Positions 26,011-40,289 are shown, counted from the first letter of the whole stretch. The stretch is 63,957 bases of DNA, filler included, from Octopus bimaculoides (GCF_001194135.2; 5 parts of 4 records of this genome joined end to end with filler, not necessarily neighbours in it); one strand, 5' to 3'. Numbers and translations are program-made. Notes: generated from the sequence alone by a model not told the origin.

Positions 26011-27354
26011 NNNNNNNNNNNNNNNNNNNNNNNNNNNNNNNNNNNNNNNNNNNNNNNNNNNNNNNNNNNNNNNNNNNNNNNNNNNNNNNNNNNNNNNNNN
26101 NNNNNNNNNNNNNNNNNNNNNNNNNNNNNNNNNNNNNNNNNNNNNNNNNNNNNNNNNNNNNNNNNNNNATATATATATATATATATATCATTTATATATA
26201 TATCATTTATAAGTTTGTATTTTAAATTTTGTTTATTCTATAAAGCATCTAGTTTGTCATATTTACTTGAGGTAAGGTTTAGCATCTGTTGGAAAGAATG
26301 GATTAAGTGTTCCACAAACTGGAATGTATTTGAATAAGCAGTTATTTAAGTCAGATGCTTAGCTCGATCAGTCTCATCATGTCTACATTGCCTAATATTC
26401 CACTCAAGTGTCACCTTTTACAACATATCTTCTGTTATCGAACATCATACAGTTGAACATTTCAAAGACATTATTTAATGTAATGGACTGGATTAGCAAA
26501 TTCTTCACTTGGAACTGGCATCCACCATGTTGCATTGAAGTAATGTATAGAGAGTTAATGCAAAATATGGTGTTATTATTAAATTCTACAAATACTTCAG
26601 TTATTTTACCTTTTTTTGTTGCCTGGAGTGAAACATAGTTTTTTATGAATGGTGATTAACTAATTCAAGAAGAATTTCCATAATGTCTGTAGACATATTC
26701 AGCAGAGATTTTATTATTTTAGTTAAACAATGATGATGATGAGTTCAGTCACAACCACTATGATGACTCAAAAGAAAGAACACCTGCTTAATTAATGGGT
26801 TTTATATTTCTAATTTATAAATTATTCTAAGGTGAATGTGCTGAGTATAAAGGGAAGATGTTGAATTTCTAAGGCCTCTCAACAGAAGATGGATTCCATG
26901 TTCCATCACTGACTCTTAGTTTAAGAGAAAATAAAAATTTTCGGTTGAAAATTTCTTTTCTTCAAATAATTTCATTTCTTCTCAGATAAAGGGTCAACCT
27001 TGAACTCTTGAAATGTCAGTTCCTCCCCCACCCCACCCAGGTCCCTACCACATACAAACTTATCAAAACTCATCAACTTCACTCAAGAGTTTTTGCTAAT
27101 ACAGATCCTTGTCAGTTTCATTTTTCACTCGTTATCTCTTAAGTGATTAATGTGTTCAACTCACAATCATAAGATCACGAGTTTGATGCGTGAATTGGGC
27201 AGAATGTTGTTGTCTTCAGCAAGGTACTTTACTTCATGTTGTACCTGTGTTTACTCAACTGGAAATGGATGCCACAAGCTCAAGCTGACACAACAATTTC
27301 TTCCTCTGTGTGTTTCGTCCTGGAATGTTTAACAGGCTCAAGTTTGAGGGTGCT

Positions 27355-28160
27355 GACAGCAACCCATCAGCTGATGGGTTGCTGTCTAGTGCCAATGGTC
27401 TCACGAGCAGTAATGTTGGCTGGTCTGAAGTGATCACAGAGGCGTTGCAGGTGGATGAAGTGATCCTGCCTGGGCGTGGTCAACCGAGGGCGCCCTCTGC
27501 GGGCATGGTCTGCAGTGTTGTTGTTGGTGTTGTATCGCTGTTGCAGGCGATTGACGGTGCTGACATGGACATTGTAAGCTTTTGCAGCAAACAGGATACA
27601 CTGTATGACAGTATGACACACATGTATGACAAACATGGTATGACGTCAACTGGCCGCCAACAAACTGCATTGCCATTGTCCTGCTCGAGGGCCTGTCCTC
27701 TCTGCCCACCACCATCAGGTATAACTACACTGGGCTACACAGTACCGACATTGGTAGCATCAACAATGGAGGTCGGTAGTCTTCTCTGATGAGAGCCAGT
27801 ATTGCAGTTACACATTGGATAGCAGAGTGAGGGTGTGGCATAGGAGGGGTGAACACTACAGAAATGCATGTGTCATGGAGAGAGAGATGTGTGAGGTGGC
27901 CAGAGTATCATGCTCTGTGGTGTTACAGGCCTGAAGCAGAGAATTGGGCCCCATGTGTTCCAAAATGTTGGTGAAGGCGGAGGGAATGGCATCACAGTGC
28001 AGTGCTACATTGACCAGATCCTAAGACCTCACATCATACCCTTCTTCAAATGTCACCATAGTCACATGTTCCAGCAGGACAATGCTCCCTCCCACATGGT
28101 CAGGGTCACCATGGACTTCCTGCGTCAGCACAATATCAGAATCATGCTGTGGCCTTCTTT
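27355..28160. mobile_element. Tc1-like remnant (copy B) with its N-terminal segment inverted relative to the DDE segment
   Basis: HTH part on minus (27370-27600, ..AYNVHVSTVNRLQQR..RGRPRLTTPRQD..QQPIS); DDE part on plus (27633-28155, FSDES...FQQDNAPSH...LWPS). Confidence 0.85.
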
Positions 28161-29611
28161 CCTTCTCACTGCAACATCTTCAATATTCCACTGCATCAAG
28201 ACTGAGCGAAGAGGATGTCCATGTCTACTCATGACTTCATAGGTTTCTGAACCAATCATTAAAAGCATGGTACACTCTCACTTATGAGTGGAGGATGTGC
28301 TTCTTGCATATGAATATGTTACGATGCTAGCAATATACCTTTCCTGTCTCTTTGCAGCTTCTCCATAGAATACAGGAAATTTTATGATTCTTCCCTCTTA
28401 TCTAGAATCACTTTAATTTAATTGTTGTTGTTATTGTTGTTGTTTCGATACAGGTCTTCTGTGATTGAGCCAATCTATGGTCATAGACATTCCACCTGTG
28501 GCCATTTATTATTTCTTTCAGACACAGTGTATCTTGGACTACATTATCTAAGACACCCTCCTCTTTATTTAGATGATCGGGTGTGATTTAAGGGAGATTT
28601 CACTTCTATTTCAAGTAGGTGTGATCAAGGGATCGGTTGCCTATTTATTCTAGTCAGGTTTATGTGTGGCATTAATTGACAGAGGAATGAAATAATTCAT
28701 ATTAATGTCAAGGGAAGCACAGCATAGATTATAGAAATATAATTAAGGTCTCGTCAAATGATATCTACCTCCACTGTATACATGCATGACCCCTCAGTGA
28801 TAGCTTAATATTAAGTTAAGGTTGCAATGCCATAAAGATAAAGTGAAACAGAGACTAAGGAGGTGTTAGTGAAGCTAACAGAAATTAGCAACTTATACAA
28901 GGCTCTTTTACTTTCCCAAACTAAAGCTGCCTACAGCAGGCTAAAATTGTATTCAGGCTTACGATAAAACTATTTGATAGACGCCAGTTTTGAAATACTT
29001 TTCTGCATGTATTAACATTATATTAACATAGTCTCATTATCGCAAAATGTACTAAAGACTAGTTCTGGGAATTATAGGAATCAAAGGTGATATCAGGTAT
29101 TTATTTGTGAATTATGTAAAACAAGCAAAGTTGATTATACAAAGGAAGCCAAAGTAATTAACTATTATGAATGTCATCATTATGATAATAATGATAATAT
29201 TAATAGTAAAGATGATGAAAATAATGTTATTAGTAATGATGATGATGATGATGATGATGATGGTGTTGGTGGTGGTGGTGGTGGTGGTGGATGTGGTAGT
29301 GGTGGTGGTGATGATGGTGATGACGATGATGATAATGATGATGATGATGTTCAAACTGAATTATTAAAAAATATATTCTAAAAACCCAAGAAGGGCGTAT
29401 TCTGCTTGATGACAAAATATAATTCTTGCTAAATGTTATTCTAAAAAGAAATATTGTTGTTAAAATATATGCTTATATTCTTAATAACTAATGTGTTAAC
29501 AAAAGATGTCTGTTGCTAGGTTGTGAGAAAAATGAAGGAAATTTGAATTTGAAGAATGTTCTGGAAAGAAAACGTATCCCTAAAGAATATCAAATGTTTG
29601 GAGCAATTGAC

Positions 29612-29612
<1 letters not shown>

Positions 29613-29642
<30 letters not shown>

Positions 29643-29760
29643 CTTCTTCTTCTTCTTCTTCTTCTTCTTCTTCTATTTCTTCTTCTTCTTCTTCTTCTTC
29701 TTCTTCTTCTTCTTCTTCTTCTTCTTCTTCTTCTTCTTCTTCTTCTTCTTCTTCTTCTTC
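29613..29760. repeat. (TCT)n microsatellite
   Basis: Direct reading. Confidence 0.95.
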
Positions 29761-30336
29761 TCTGTCTGTGTGTCCACGTGTGCCAGTGAATTGTTATTGC
29801 TGTTTCTTTCATGTTGTGCAAATATGCATTTTTCGTCAAGAGAGAACGACTCTCTTTAGTTGAGAGTTTATTTTCTTATGCTTTGTTTTATTCTAATTTT
29901 TCCTTGTTTCACTTTCTTTGAATTCTGCAAATATAATTCAAATTATTATTATTATTATTGTTGCTGTTGTAGTTGCTGTTGTTATTTTTTATTTAGGTAT
30001 TTATTGTTTACATATATTGAGTACTTAAATGACTGCTTTGTTTCAAAAAAATCATATTTAGTGCTACTCCCTTTCTTGTTTTATACTCTCACTACTACTC
30101 TACAAAAGAAGCCATATTGAAAGATATTGTAAACACAATAAAGGTTCAATCAGATTTTAAAACAGACCCTGTGTCTCCTTGAGGTATTCAAGTAGACATT
30201 CTGACTCTTCTAAAGTCCATTCTTGGTAAAATAATTCAAAAAGAAATAATTTCCATTCTGTAAAATGTGTTTGGAAACTATTTTCTTGGAACTGTCTTCA
30301 AGAGACATTCAGTCACTGAAACACAAATAATAATAA

Positions 30337-30382
<46 letters not shown>

Positions 30383-30585
30383 CATAACGATGGTGATGAC
30401 TACGACGATGACAATGACGAAGATGACGATGATGATGACAATGATGATGATGATGATGATGATAGTTTCAAATTCTGGCACAAGGCTAGTAAGTCTACGT
30501 TAGTTTGAGGTCAGTCTCAATGACATTGACTCCCAAAGTACCATCTTATTGACTCTGAAAAATGAAAGGTGAATCTGACCATGAC

Positions 30586-30658
<73 letters not shown>

Positions 30659-30704
30659 TAATTATAATAATAATAATAATAATAACAAAAAGGATAATAA
30701 CATG

Positions 30705-31100
30705 CAGTACCAGGCCCTCGCTCTCATGGCTTCTGATCTGAACTGATTGGAAGTGTTATCATGTACATTGTTTTGTCTTGGCATAAAAGATGGGCTACAG
30801 CAAATATTCTGCTTAATACCACAGATTTTCTTGTCAGTTGCTTGACCTTAACCAGTTGAGCTTGTCCTTTGGTGGCTGACGATATGTGCATCTCTGATCA
30901 TGAGCAGAAGTAGTGGGGGAATATCATAGCCATGTGTTGAGAGGAATTCTTTGGGGTTTGGATAATTCACCTCTGGAAACATGGGTGTTTCGTTCAACAA
31001 CCTTAAACAACCCTTTTTCAGGGACCTTTTGAGCAGGATGGGCTATTCGATCCGAAGAAAATTCCAGCTGGGCCCCACCTGCAAGATCATCACTGTTTAT
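30705..31100 (+). mobile_element. Repeat family C, preceded by (AAT)n
   Basis: Matches 3440-3830. Confidence 0.75.
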
Positions 31101-32409
31101 CTTGATAAGTATCCAGAAACGATATTCAAAGTGTGAGGAGATTATTTGAAACAGTTGCCATGGATACTTGACCGGTGAAGATTTTGTTGTCTGCAAGGGA
31201 AATGAAGAAGCAAAGATGGTGCCTGGTAAAATATGAAGCTAGAACAATAACCATAATTTCTAAGAAAATACAAAACATTTCTAAAATGTCTGAAAGTCAT
31301 TACTGGAATGTCTTTAAGCATAGGTTTGGTAAAAGGAAGCTGAGCTGGACCTGAGAGCAACAAGATAACTTGATTAAGCTAGATTTGAAACTCAGATCCC
31401 ACTATTCCAATGTAACAGAGATGTGGTAGAGAATTGCTATATTATTCATGGAGGAAATATACTGTAATGGAATTCAAAGCAAGAACAAAGCAATTGCCAA
31501 CTTGAATTCCTAATCAAGCTGAATTTTTAATGTCCGTTAGAATCTGGAATAATTCAAAACCCAAATCAACATTTTGGAATGGAATGAATTCTGTTCTGTT
31601 CCCTCCTTCCCTCTGTAAAATACATCAACACGTTTGATTAGATACAAAGAACTGTGTGTGTGTGTGTGTGTACGCACACACACACACGCATCAATGATAG
31701 AGGGAGAGAAAAAAAGAGAGATTGATAGATCTATCCAATGTATGCAAGCATGAAACATGGACATAGAAACGATTATGATGATTATAATGGTATACATACA
31801 TATTTATACATGCACCTCCCCCATATATATATATATTTATATATATATATATATACACACACACATAAATACATATATGTGTACACACATATGGTATGTA
31901 TATGTATGCATGCAGTGTGTAAAATATATAGATGCACACATATGCATATGCATATATACATGTGATTATGTGTGTGTGTGTGTGTGTGTGTGTGTGATTT
32001 CTGATATCTCATTTATTATTGTGAATATCAAGTAAAACTTTTCCTTTATTTTTGTGGTTGTTTTAAATTTTTTCTCATTATTTTTATTCTATTCTTTTTT
32101 AATCATACACGATAAAAACAGATTTATATTTTAAAAAATGCGTATTTATCTTACATAGTTGAATAAAATATGAAATAACGAGGGAATTTATCCCTCGTCA
32201 TATCACAGTGTTAGCATGTCTTTTAATGAAGCAAAATGATCAATACTGGTTTTGTAAAGTGGCCAAAGATACTTTTTTTTTATTATTTAAGACCTAGAAT
32301 TAATAAAAGAACAACTGCAAAACTAAGATGGCTTCAATTCCATTGTGTCTGAGGTTCCTTCACTTCTGGCATTTCACCTTATTCTTCCTGCCTTTCTACC
32401 TCTTATCTT

Positions 32410-32760
32410 TTACTTGTTTCACTCATTAGACTGCAGCCATGCTGGGGAGTTTTAGTTGAATAAATCGAACCCCAGTACTTATTTTTCATTTTGTAATGCC
32501 TGGTACTTATTCTATCAGTCTCTTGCACTGAACCGCTAAGTTACAAGGATATAAACACACCAACACTAGCTGCCAAGCAGTGATGGGGGCACAAACACAC
32601 ACACACACTCACACAGACATATATACAACAGACTTCTTTCAGTTTCTGTCTGCCAAATCCTCTCACAAGGCTTTTGTGCCTTGAGGCTATAGTAGGAGAT
32701 ACTTGCCCAAGGGGCCATGCAGTAGCACTGAACCCAGAAGTGTGTGGTTGGGAAGCAAGC
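32410..32760 (-). mobile_element. SINE family A, near full length
   Basis: Head, core and body similar to 48450-48820 and 55516-55897. Confidence 0.75.
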
Positions 32761-33178
32761 CTCGATGACGACAACAATGACGATGACGATGATGATGATA
32801 AGATGTAGAACGGTAACAGTTATTTGGATGAACCCAAGTATTTGTGTCATACATTATTGTATTGTTTCTATGTAGAGAAAATTCAGAGTTGACCTAGCCA
32901 GGATTTGAACTCAACATGAAAAGAACTAAAACAAGCGCACTGGGTATTTTTGTCCAACACTCTAATGGCAGGTTTCTTTCCCTTTCTCCTCACAAGACTT
33001 TGGGCAGCCAAAGTTTTGCTTAAGGTGCTATATGGTGTAACTGACTCCAAAGTCATGTGATTGGGAAGTGAACTCCTGAAGGGCACAACCATTAGCTGTC
33101 TTTGAGTAAACCCGAAATCTGTAAAGATTTAAAACAATACATTCTAAAACATGTTTAGTGTTACTAAGTTTGAGTGGT

Positions 33179-33435
33179 ATGGATATTTGACCTGATGGGC
33201 ATTTAAGATGATGGCTATTTCACAGGATGCTTATTTCAGATGATAGACATTTGACATGGTGGGTATTTGACATGATGAACTTTTGACATGATGGATATTT
33301 CACAGGGTGGATATTTGACATGAGAGGTATTTGACATAATAGGTATTTGACAGAATGGACATTTGATATGATGAAATTTTCAATGATTGACATTTGACGT
33401 GAAAAATAGTTCACATGATGATTTTTGACATAATG
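33179..33435. repeat. Diverged 16-bp minisatellite, about 16 units (consensus ATGGATATTTGACATG)
   Basis: Units ATGGATATTTGACCTG, ATGGGCATTTAAGATG, GTGGGTATTTGACATG, GTGGATATTTGACATG and others in a 16-bp register. Confidence 0.85.
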
Positions 33436-35893
33436 TGAAGATATAAGTATAATGTTTGTTGTTTATATCTCACGTCAGCTCACTTAGAACAGGTTATGGT
33501 CAACCTATCTTTTCCCTAGATGCATGAAATTTGGGTCTACAATATCTATATGTGTTTTTCCAAAACAATAATAAGATGGGGGTTTGAGGAAGTATATCTA
33601 GTAATTCAGCTGACCACGTGGATGCTCCCTCATTGGCTCACAGTTTATTCTGATGGTTGGGAAGGAGGCTGTCAGCTTGTGTGGCCCATTGTAGTCATAT
33701 TTCTACAGAGCTAATTTACTTTATGGTCTTCCACAGTGAGATGGTTTTCTCTCAATAATCGTTATAACAGGAAATGGTACTGTTTTTATGGCTAGGCTGT
33801 CATTAGACAAATTGTCAGCACAACATCCAAGGCCATTTACCTTCTTTCTCTTTGTTTCTTTCATACTACCCCCTGTCTCTTCTCTCTCTTCCCTCCTCCT
33901 CTTCTCTCTTTCTTCTTTTGCTTTCTTTCTTTCTTTCTCTTCTTGTCTGTCCTCCATCCAGCTGGTTTCAGTTCAGTTTATCTCTTCCTGGCTATTTAAC
34001 TATTGCTAGAGCTGCGGAGTGCTGCTATCGCTATCTATCCTTGTCATCTAAATAGACTGGCTTATGATCAATAAGCAGAAATAGATTAGAAAAATGACTG
34101 GATTAGTTAGTTGGGTTTCATTAAAACCAAAACGTTCCATTTCTTTTTTTCTGTTTGTTTGTTTGTTTTGTGTTTAATATCTTTGGTAAACTCATGCTGC
34201 TAGTTATTAGCTTCAGCAGCATCTTTTATAGTTAAATAATTATAACAACAATGGCACAAGTATGAACAACAACAGCAAGAACAACGGCAATAACAACAAC
34301 ATTAACGGCATGAATAATTGGGATAACAGCAGCAGCAGCAACATTAACTGCATGTGTGAAAATAACATCAACAACGTTTAACAACAAATTGCATGGGCAA
34401 TGATATCAACAACAACAGCAACAACAACAACAACCTCTGAGGACTGAGAGCTGAAACAACCACATTTTATGTTACACTCTGAAGATCCTATCAATTGGGG
34501 ATCCATAATCCAATGTGTCCAAATACACATGATACGAGATATACAATATACAAATGATGTTGGGTGGGGGTTAGGAAATTAATATAAAAAAAATTAAGGG
34601 AGAAGTAATAATGTTATGCAGCACATACAAAATTGGGTGAAAAATTGCAGATAATGCGAAAATAAATTAAAAAAAAACTGTAAAAGAAATACAAAATAAA
34701 AGACAATATGATTGAAATTTTAGTCCATCCCAATTGGATGAGATGACCAATTAGCTCTGATCATGATCACTCATTGTTCCCGTTTCTCCCAGGGGTTGAT
34801 AAAATCTCATTAGAAGACAGTTTGTGGGCAGACTGGGTGGTGCAGTGGGTAAGAAAAAGCTCCATATCTTGGTTGTGATCCACGTACAACCATTGGTAAT
34901 AATAAATGCTTAATCTGATGACCACCCTGTCTTTGGAATGTTTCCCTTAATGGGATTCTATTGCTTTTCATGTGTGCCCCACAGCTGATTCCAAAGTATT
35001 CTTGTGTCTTGTTTAGGTCCTCCATTAGTCATTTTATCTGTCTTTACATCCTGAGTTCTAATTACCTGTCTGGGTTGATAAAGTAAGTACCATTTGAGCC
35101 CTGGGGTCGATGCGAGTCGATTACCCCCTCACCCCACTCAAATTGCTTGCCTTGTGTCAAAATTTAAAACCAACATGAAGCATTGTTAACAGCAAACTGT
35201 TGCTTGGGAAGCACCCTGGATGTTTTGGTTATCTTCCCCTTTGGTTAATTTATATTCTTTGAGACAGGGTGTCCTTTTCTTTTTTCTTTTAGCACATTCT
35301 GTTGCTGCTTGCCCTACTCATGGCTTGAACTCTGGCCCCTCCACATTACAAGATGATATTGAACCTTAAATCATTTGTTTCTGGAACTAAGACAGATGCT
35401 ACTTTTCCAGATGCTTTCCCAAATGGCAATGCTACTTGAACTCTTGAACTGATGGCATTCTAGAAACTAAGATTCTGAAACTATGACTAGCAGAGCTCTA
35501 GAAACGGAGGCTGTAGGTTCTTTGCCATCCTCTTCTTCCCTCCACTTCTCCAGTTCTTCACAGCATTACAACACAGTTCTAACAACCAGAAGTTTTCTGT
35601 GTGAATTATTCTTAAGAGGAGCTGCTTTAATTCAATAAGAACATAGAGATTTACCAAAATCTTTGGAGCCATTTCAATGTCTTTCGAAAACAAGTTACAA
35701 AAATAATTCAAATTCTATAGATGAGCAGAAATTTGGTGGGAAGGGTGAGTTGATTAAGTTGACACAATACTTAATTGGTATAATAATCTATTGACCCCAT
35801 GAGGTAAATTGAAGTTGACCTCACTTGGAATAGAACTCAGAATCTAAAAAGCCAGAAGAAATGTCATTAGGTATTTTGTCTCAATCCTCTAAT

Positions 35894-36178
35894 CAGTGGT
35901 GGACCGGTCAGGTTATCAGCTTGCCCAATGGCAAGTGGACCCCTGCACCATTAGAATCCATATATGGGGGCCCATGTTAGTATCTAAGGGGTCCATCCCC
36001 TCAAGTTTGAGAATTTTTTATTCACTCCTGGAAGAATTCATTATTTCAGTCTGGCTGTGTTTATAGACAGGTGAAAAGAATACTTTTAACAGAAAAAAAT
36101 TAAATGATTGCATTGTTGTTGCAGGTGGACCCCCTTAGTCTCCTGGCAACCAATATTTTTAGACCAAGTCCACCACTG
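35894..36178. mobile_element. hAT-type MITE
   Basis: 11-bp TIR CAGTGGTGGAC / GTCCACCACTG; 8-bp TSD CCTCTAAT / TCTCTAAT. Confidence 0.85.
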
Positions 36179-37479
36179 TCTCTAATGATTCTGCCATTCT
36201 ACAGTCTTTAGAAATTTGATGGAAGGTTTTAATTTAGATCTCTTTAACTCTTTTCTGTTGATGATACACACTGATTTTGTTTCAATTAATTTTAGAGAAA
36301 AAATGAAGTATTTAGTAAAACAACCTTGTCATTCTTAAGTTGGTGTTTGCATGAGATTTTATTGGAAGGCTTTTAATTTCAAAACAGAAAGCTTGCACCA
36401 AAGAACAGCAGTGACACCAGGTGAGTTGATGTTAAAAGCTATTTCTGTACATAACTTCAGTCTGGTTTAATATTTTTCTCTGGATGTTGAATTAGATTTA
36501 CTAACAAATTACACCAGATGGTTATGTATCATGATACTGCTGGAATGATGAAGTGAATGTCTCACACCTGTTATCTTTGGTGGGTGGGTGGGATAGGCAT
36601 GGCACACCTTCAATACAGGTCAACTGGGTTGAGTGGACAGTTTGTCCAACATTACACAGAAGTATGATGCATCTAAAACAAGATATCACAGGATGAAAAC
36701 CAATGCTTCACCTGGTTACTAACATGTCACATGCACACCCAATGAAGACTAATCTGAGCTCAAACAACAACAATGAAAACAATCACAGCAGCAACAATAA
36801 CAACAACAACAACACTGGCTCTATAAAATTCAAAGTTAATACATCTGTTATACTGCTGAAAACAGAATAAAATGAAGAGTTGTTACTGAAGAAAAAAAAA
36901 AATAAAAAACAGTGAAGGGAATTTTCGTTGACAGAGAAATCATAACAAGAAGCAATACTCACATAGAACTTGTTATTAGAGCTGAAATTAATTTAGTACC
37001 ATCTGACTCAACATTCATTTTCTCTCTAATATTCACATGTGCAATGACCATTAGTAGAGCAGAGATAAAATCAGTGAACATTTTTGGTGTCTTTTTATGT
37101 GTATTTTGTTTTTTATTATTGTCAGATGTATTACCAGAACCGGGCAAAAATTTATATTGAAATTAGAAGAGTGTTGAAGCACTACAATGTAAAGATCTTA
37201 GAAACACATGTACTTATTATTACTATTATTATTATTATTATTATTATTAATAAAGTCGACTGCTTTTACATTACTTCAAGTTTTGCAGCACCAAAGAGGC
37301 ATTCATGAGATGTCATAAAAACAAAACAAGTAATATTTTCAACGGCAAAAGGATGGAATACTGTTTTTTATGACCAATGTTAAAGTAGTCATCGGCAACA
37401 ATAAAAACAATGTACATTTTACTTCCCGAGATCTCGTCAATGGTAGTCTAGCCTTCAGTTTGCTCCTAACCACTGCTTG

Positions 37480-37850
37480 CAAGCATAAATACTGTGTGAT
37501 AAGACGCTTCTTAACCACATGGTTCCAGGTTCAATCACACTGTGTGGCACCTTGGACAAATATCTTCTACTATAGCCTTGTGTTGACCTAAGCTTTATGA
37601 GTGGATTTGATAGATGGAAACTGATAGAAGCCCACCAGATATAGGTATATCTATGTGTGTGTGTGTGTGTCTCTGTGCCTGTGTTTGTTACCCACCTCTG
37701 TCTTGACGGCTCAGCAAAAGAGTCTGATTGAATAAGTAACAGGCTTAAATAAACATTGGTACTGAAGTTGATTGGTTTCACTAAAAGTTTTCAAGGTGGT
37801 GCTCCAGCATGGCAGCAATCTAATGACTGAAATTAGTAAAAGATAAAAGA
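37480..37850 (+). mobile_element. SINE family A
   Basis: AACCACATGGTTCCAGGTTCAATC...GCACCTTGGACAA...GCTCCAGCATGGC. Confidence 0.75.
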
Positions 37851-38639
37851 TATATATTTTGTCTTGCTGGACTTCTGTCATTGACAAGGCCAAAGAAAGC
37901 TAAAATCACGTGATCTAACAGTTCCAGTGGCTGTGGTGGACAGTTCTTACCCACCTGCAATATAACCAGGGTGGTCATCAGATTCAGCATTTATTGTTAT
38001 CATATGAGGGGTCCTCTCAGGATAAATAATGCAGTATTTTCTGTTCTAACACAACATTCACTGTAAATGGAAGATCAGGATTACTGTTTGGTATTAATAC
38101 TGCCTCTACCCTTATTAATTATATATATGTCATCATTTTAAGGCTTCCATAGGTAAGGCAGAATTTGCTGCAGTAGATTTTCTATGGCCAGATGTCCTTA
38201 CTGTTGCCAGCCCTCACCTGTTTCTAAGCAGGTGAGACCGTAACTGTGGCCTATGCCAGTGCAGCATAACCAGCGCATTTAAGAGCACCCTTCAATCCAA
38301 GCATGGCCAATGCCAGTAGTGCCTGACTGGCTCTCGAGCTGGTGGCACATAAAAAGCACCGACAACACTCTCGGAGTGGTTTGCATTAGAAAGGGCATGC
38401 AACTATAGAAACATTGCCAGAGTTTGATTTGTTTGTCTAAAAAAAACCCTTCAAAGTGGTGCCCCAGAATGGCCGTTGTCCAATGACTGAAAAAAGTAAA
38501 AAAATAAAAGATGTGGTTTGAAAAGAATTTGGCTCCCATTTTATAATGGATTCAAGGCCTACATAAAATGCCATTGTTCCTTAACATATTTATTTTAACA
38601 GTGAACCAGGAATGGAATTTACCATTGTTAATAGAAATT

Positions 38640-38969
38640 ATCATCATCATCATCATCATCGCTTAACGTCCGCTTTCCATGCTAGCATGGGTTGGACGAT
38701 TTGACTGAGGACTGGTGAAACCGGATGGCAACACCAGGCTCCAATCTAAATTTGGCAGAGTTTCTACAGCTGGATGCCCTTCCTAACGCCAACCACTCAG
38801 AGAGTGTAGTAGGTGCTTTTACGTGTCACCTGCACGAAGGCCAGTCAGGCGATACTGGCAACGGCCACACTCGAAATGGTGTCTTTTATGTGCCACCCGC
38901 ACAAGCCAGTCCAGGGGCACTGGCAACGATCTCGCTCGAAAATCCTACGGGAGCCAGTCAGGCGGTACT
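38640..38969 (-). mobile_element. SINE family D, young copy
   Basis: (CAT)n tail then TTAACGTCCGCTTTCCATGCTAGCATGGG...GGATGCCCTTCCTAACGCCAACC. Confidence 0.75.
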
Positions 38970-39137
38970 NNNNNNNNNNNNNNNNNNNNNNNNNNNNNNN
39001 NNNNNNNNNNNNNTTAATTAATTAANNNNNNNNNNNNNNNNNNNNNNNNNNNNNNNNNNNNNNNNNNNNGAAAAATCGAATAAGTTTGTCTAATCCTGCA
39101 GGCATAGGAACTTGAAGAAAAATCTGATGACTAGGAT

Positions 39138-39198
<61 letters not shown>

Positions 39199-39759
39199 TA
39201 ATAAAAAACTCTAGTCGTATGGCGTCCAGAGGTCATTTGCTCAAATTGATAGAATGAAAGGTGAACGTCCTTGTACACATGTCATCATAATTCTTCACTT
39301 AGGAATCCTAACAAGGATATTGAATTGGAAGTATTGACGTATGTAAACCAAATCTTAACATTATGGTCACAGGCATAACTACCTCACCATTCAGTGCAAC
39401 AGAGAATGCCACAAAGAATTATGATGTACAAAGCAGTTGCAGATGTGGCTGTGTAGTAAGAGCTTTTCTTCCCAATCATGCGATTCTGGGTTCAAGCCAG
39501 CAATGTGCAATGTGGCACTTTAGGCATGTGTCTCATATTGCGACTGACCAAAGCCTTGTGAGTGGATTCAGTAGAAAGGAACTGAAAGAAACCCATCGTA
39601 TATATATATAAAAGAATTTGAAAATTAAAGGTGTTTATTTACTTCCTGCATGTCTGTGTATATATATATATATATATATATAAACAATATATGAGTATAT
39701 GCATATATATGTACATGTATGTACATACCTTATATATATATATATATAATTTTAAACTA

Positions 39760-39794
<35 letters not shown>

Positions 39795-39876
39795 GTTTAA
39801 ACTATATATATGTTTATATATATATATATACACACNNNNNNNNNNNNNNNNNNNNNNNNNNNNNNNNNNNNNNNNN

Positions 39877-39924
<48 letters not shown>

Positions 39925-39927
<3 letters not shown>

Positions 39928-40135
39928 TATATATCGTTCAGATTTACAGAAAACAAAAGACAGAGAGATGAAAACAGGTGAGGGAACAACAAGTAGGTGT
40001 ATTATTTTAAAGCTCAAGAAGAATGGAAAAGTCTTTGATGTTTTGAGCCTATGCTCTCTGACAGAAAGGATTGAGAGAAAAAAGCTGGAGAGAGAACAGA
40101 AACAAAACAGAGAGAGAATAAAATGTGAATAAAAT
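39925..40135 (-). mobile_element. PLE-type terminal repeat (family of 63272-63930) with a decayed hammerhead at 40033-40068
   Basis: Reverse complement CTTT-CTGTCAG-AGAGC-ATAG-GCTC-AAAAC-ATC-AAAG; flanks match 63272-63430. Confidence 0.6.
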
Positions 40136-40162
40136 GGTTCAACATGATGAAATGATCCCTAT

Positions 40163-40202
<40 letters not shown>

Positions 40203-40289
40203 CAACCCATTCTAGCATGCAAGATGGATGTTAAATGATAATGATGAGAATGATGAAAATAAAGATAAATAATGTATAAAAAATATGTC

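Noticed and set aside
33179-33435. Regular repeats as a possible CRISPR array
   Set aside because: Tandem units with no unique spacers, eukaryotic context and no cas genes
36388-36420. Short segment with a strong CAG/GTGAGT donor
   Set aside because: It lies in sequence that looks like a decayed interspersed repeat; no coding support
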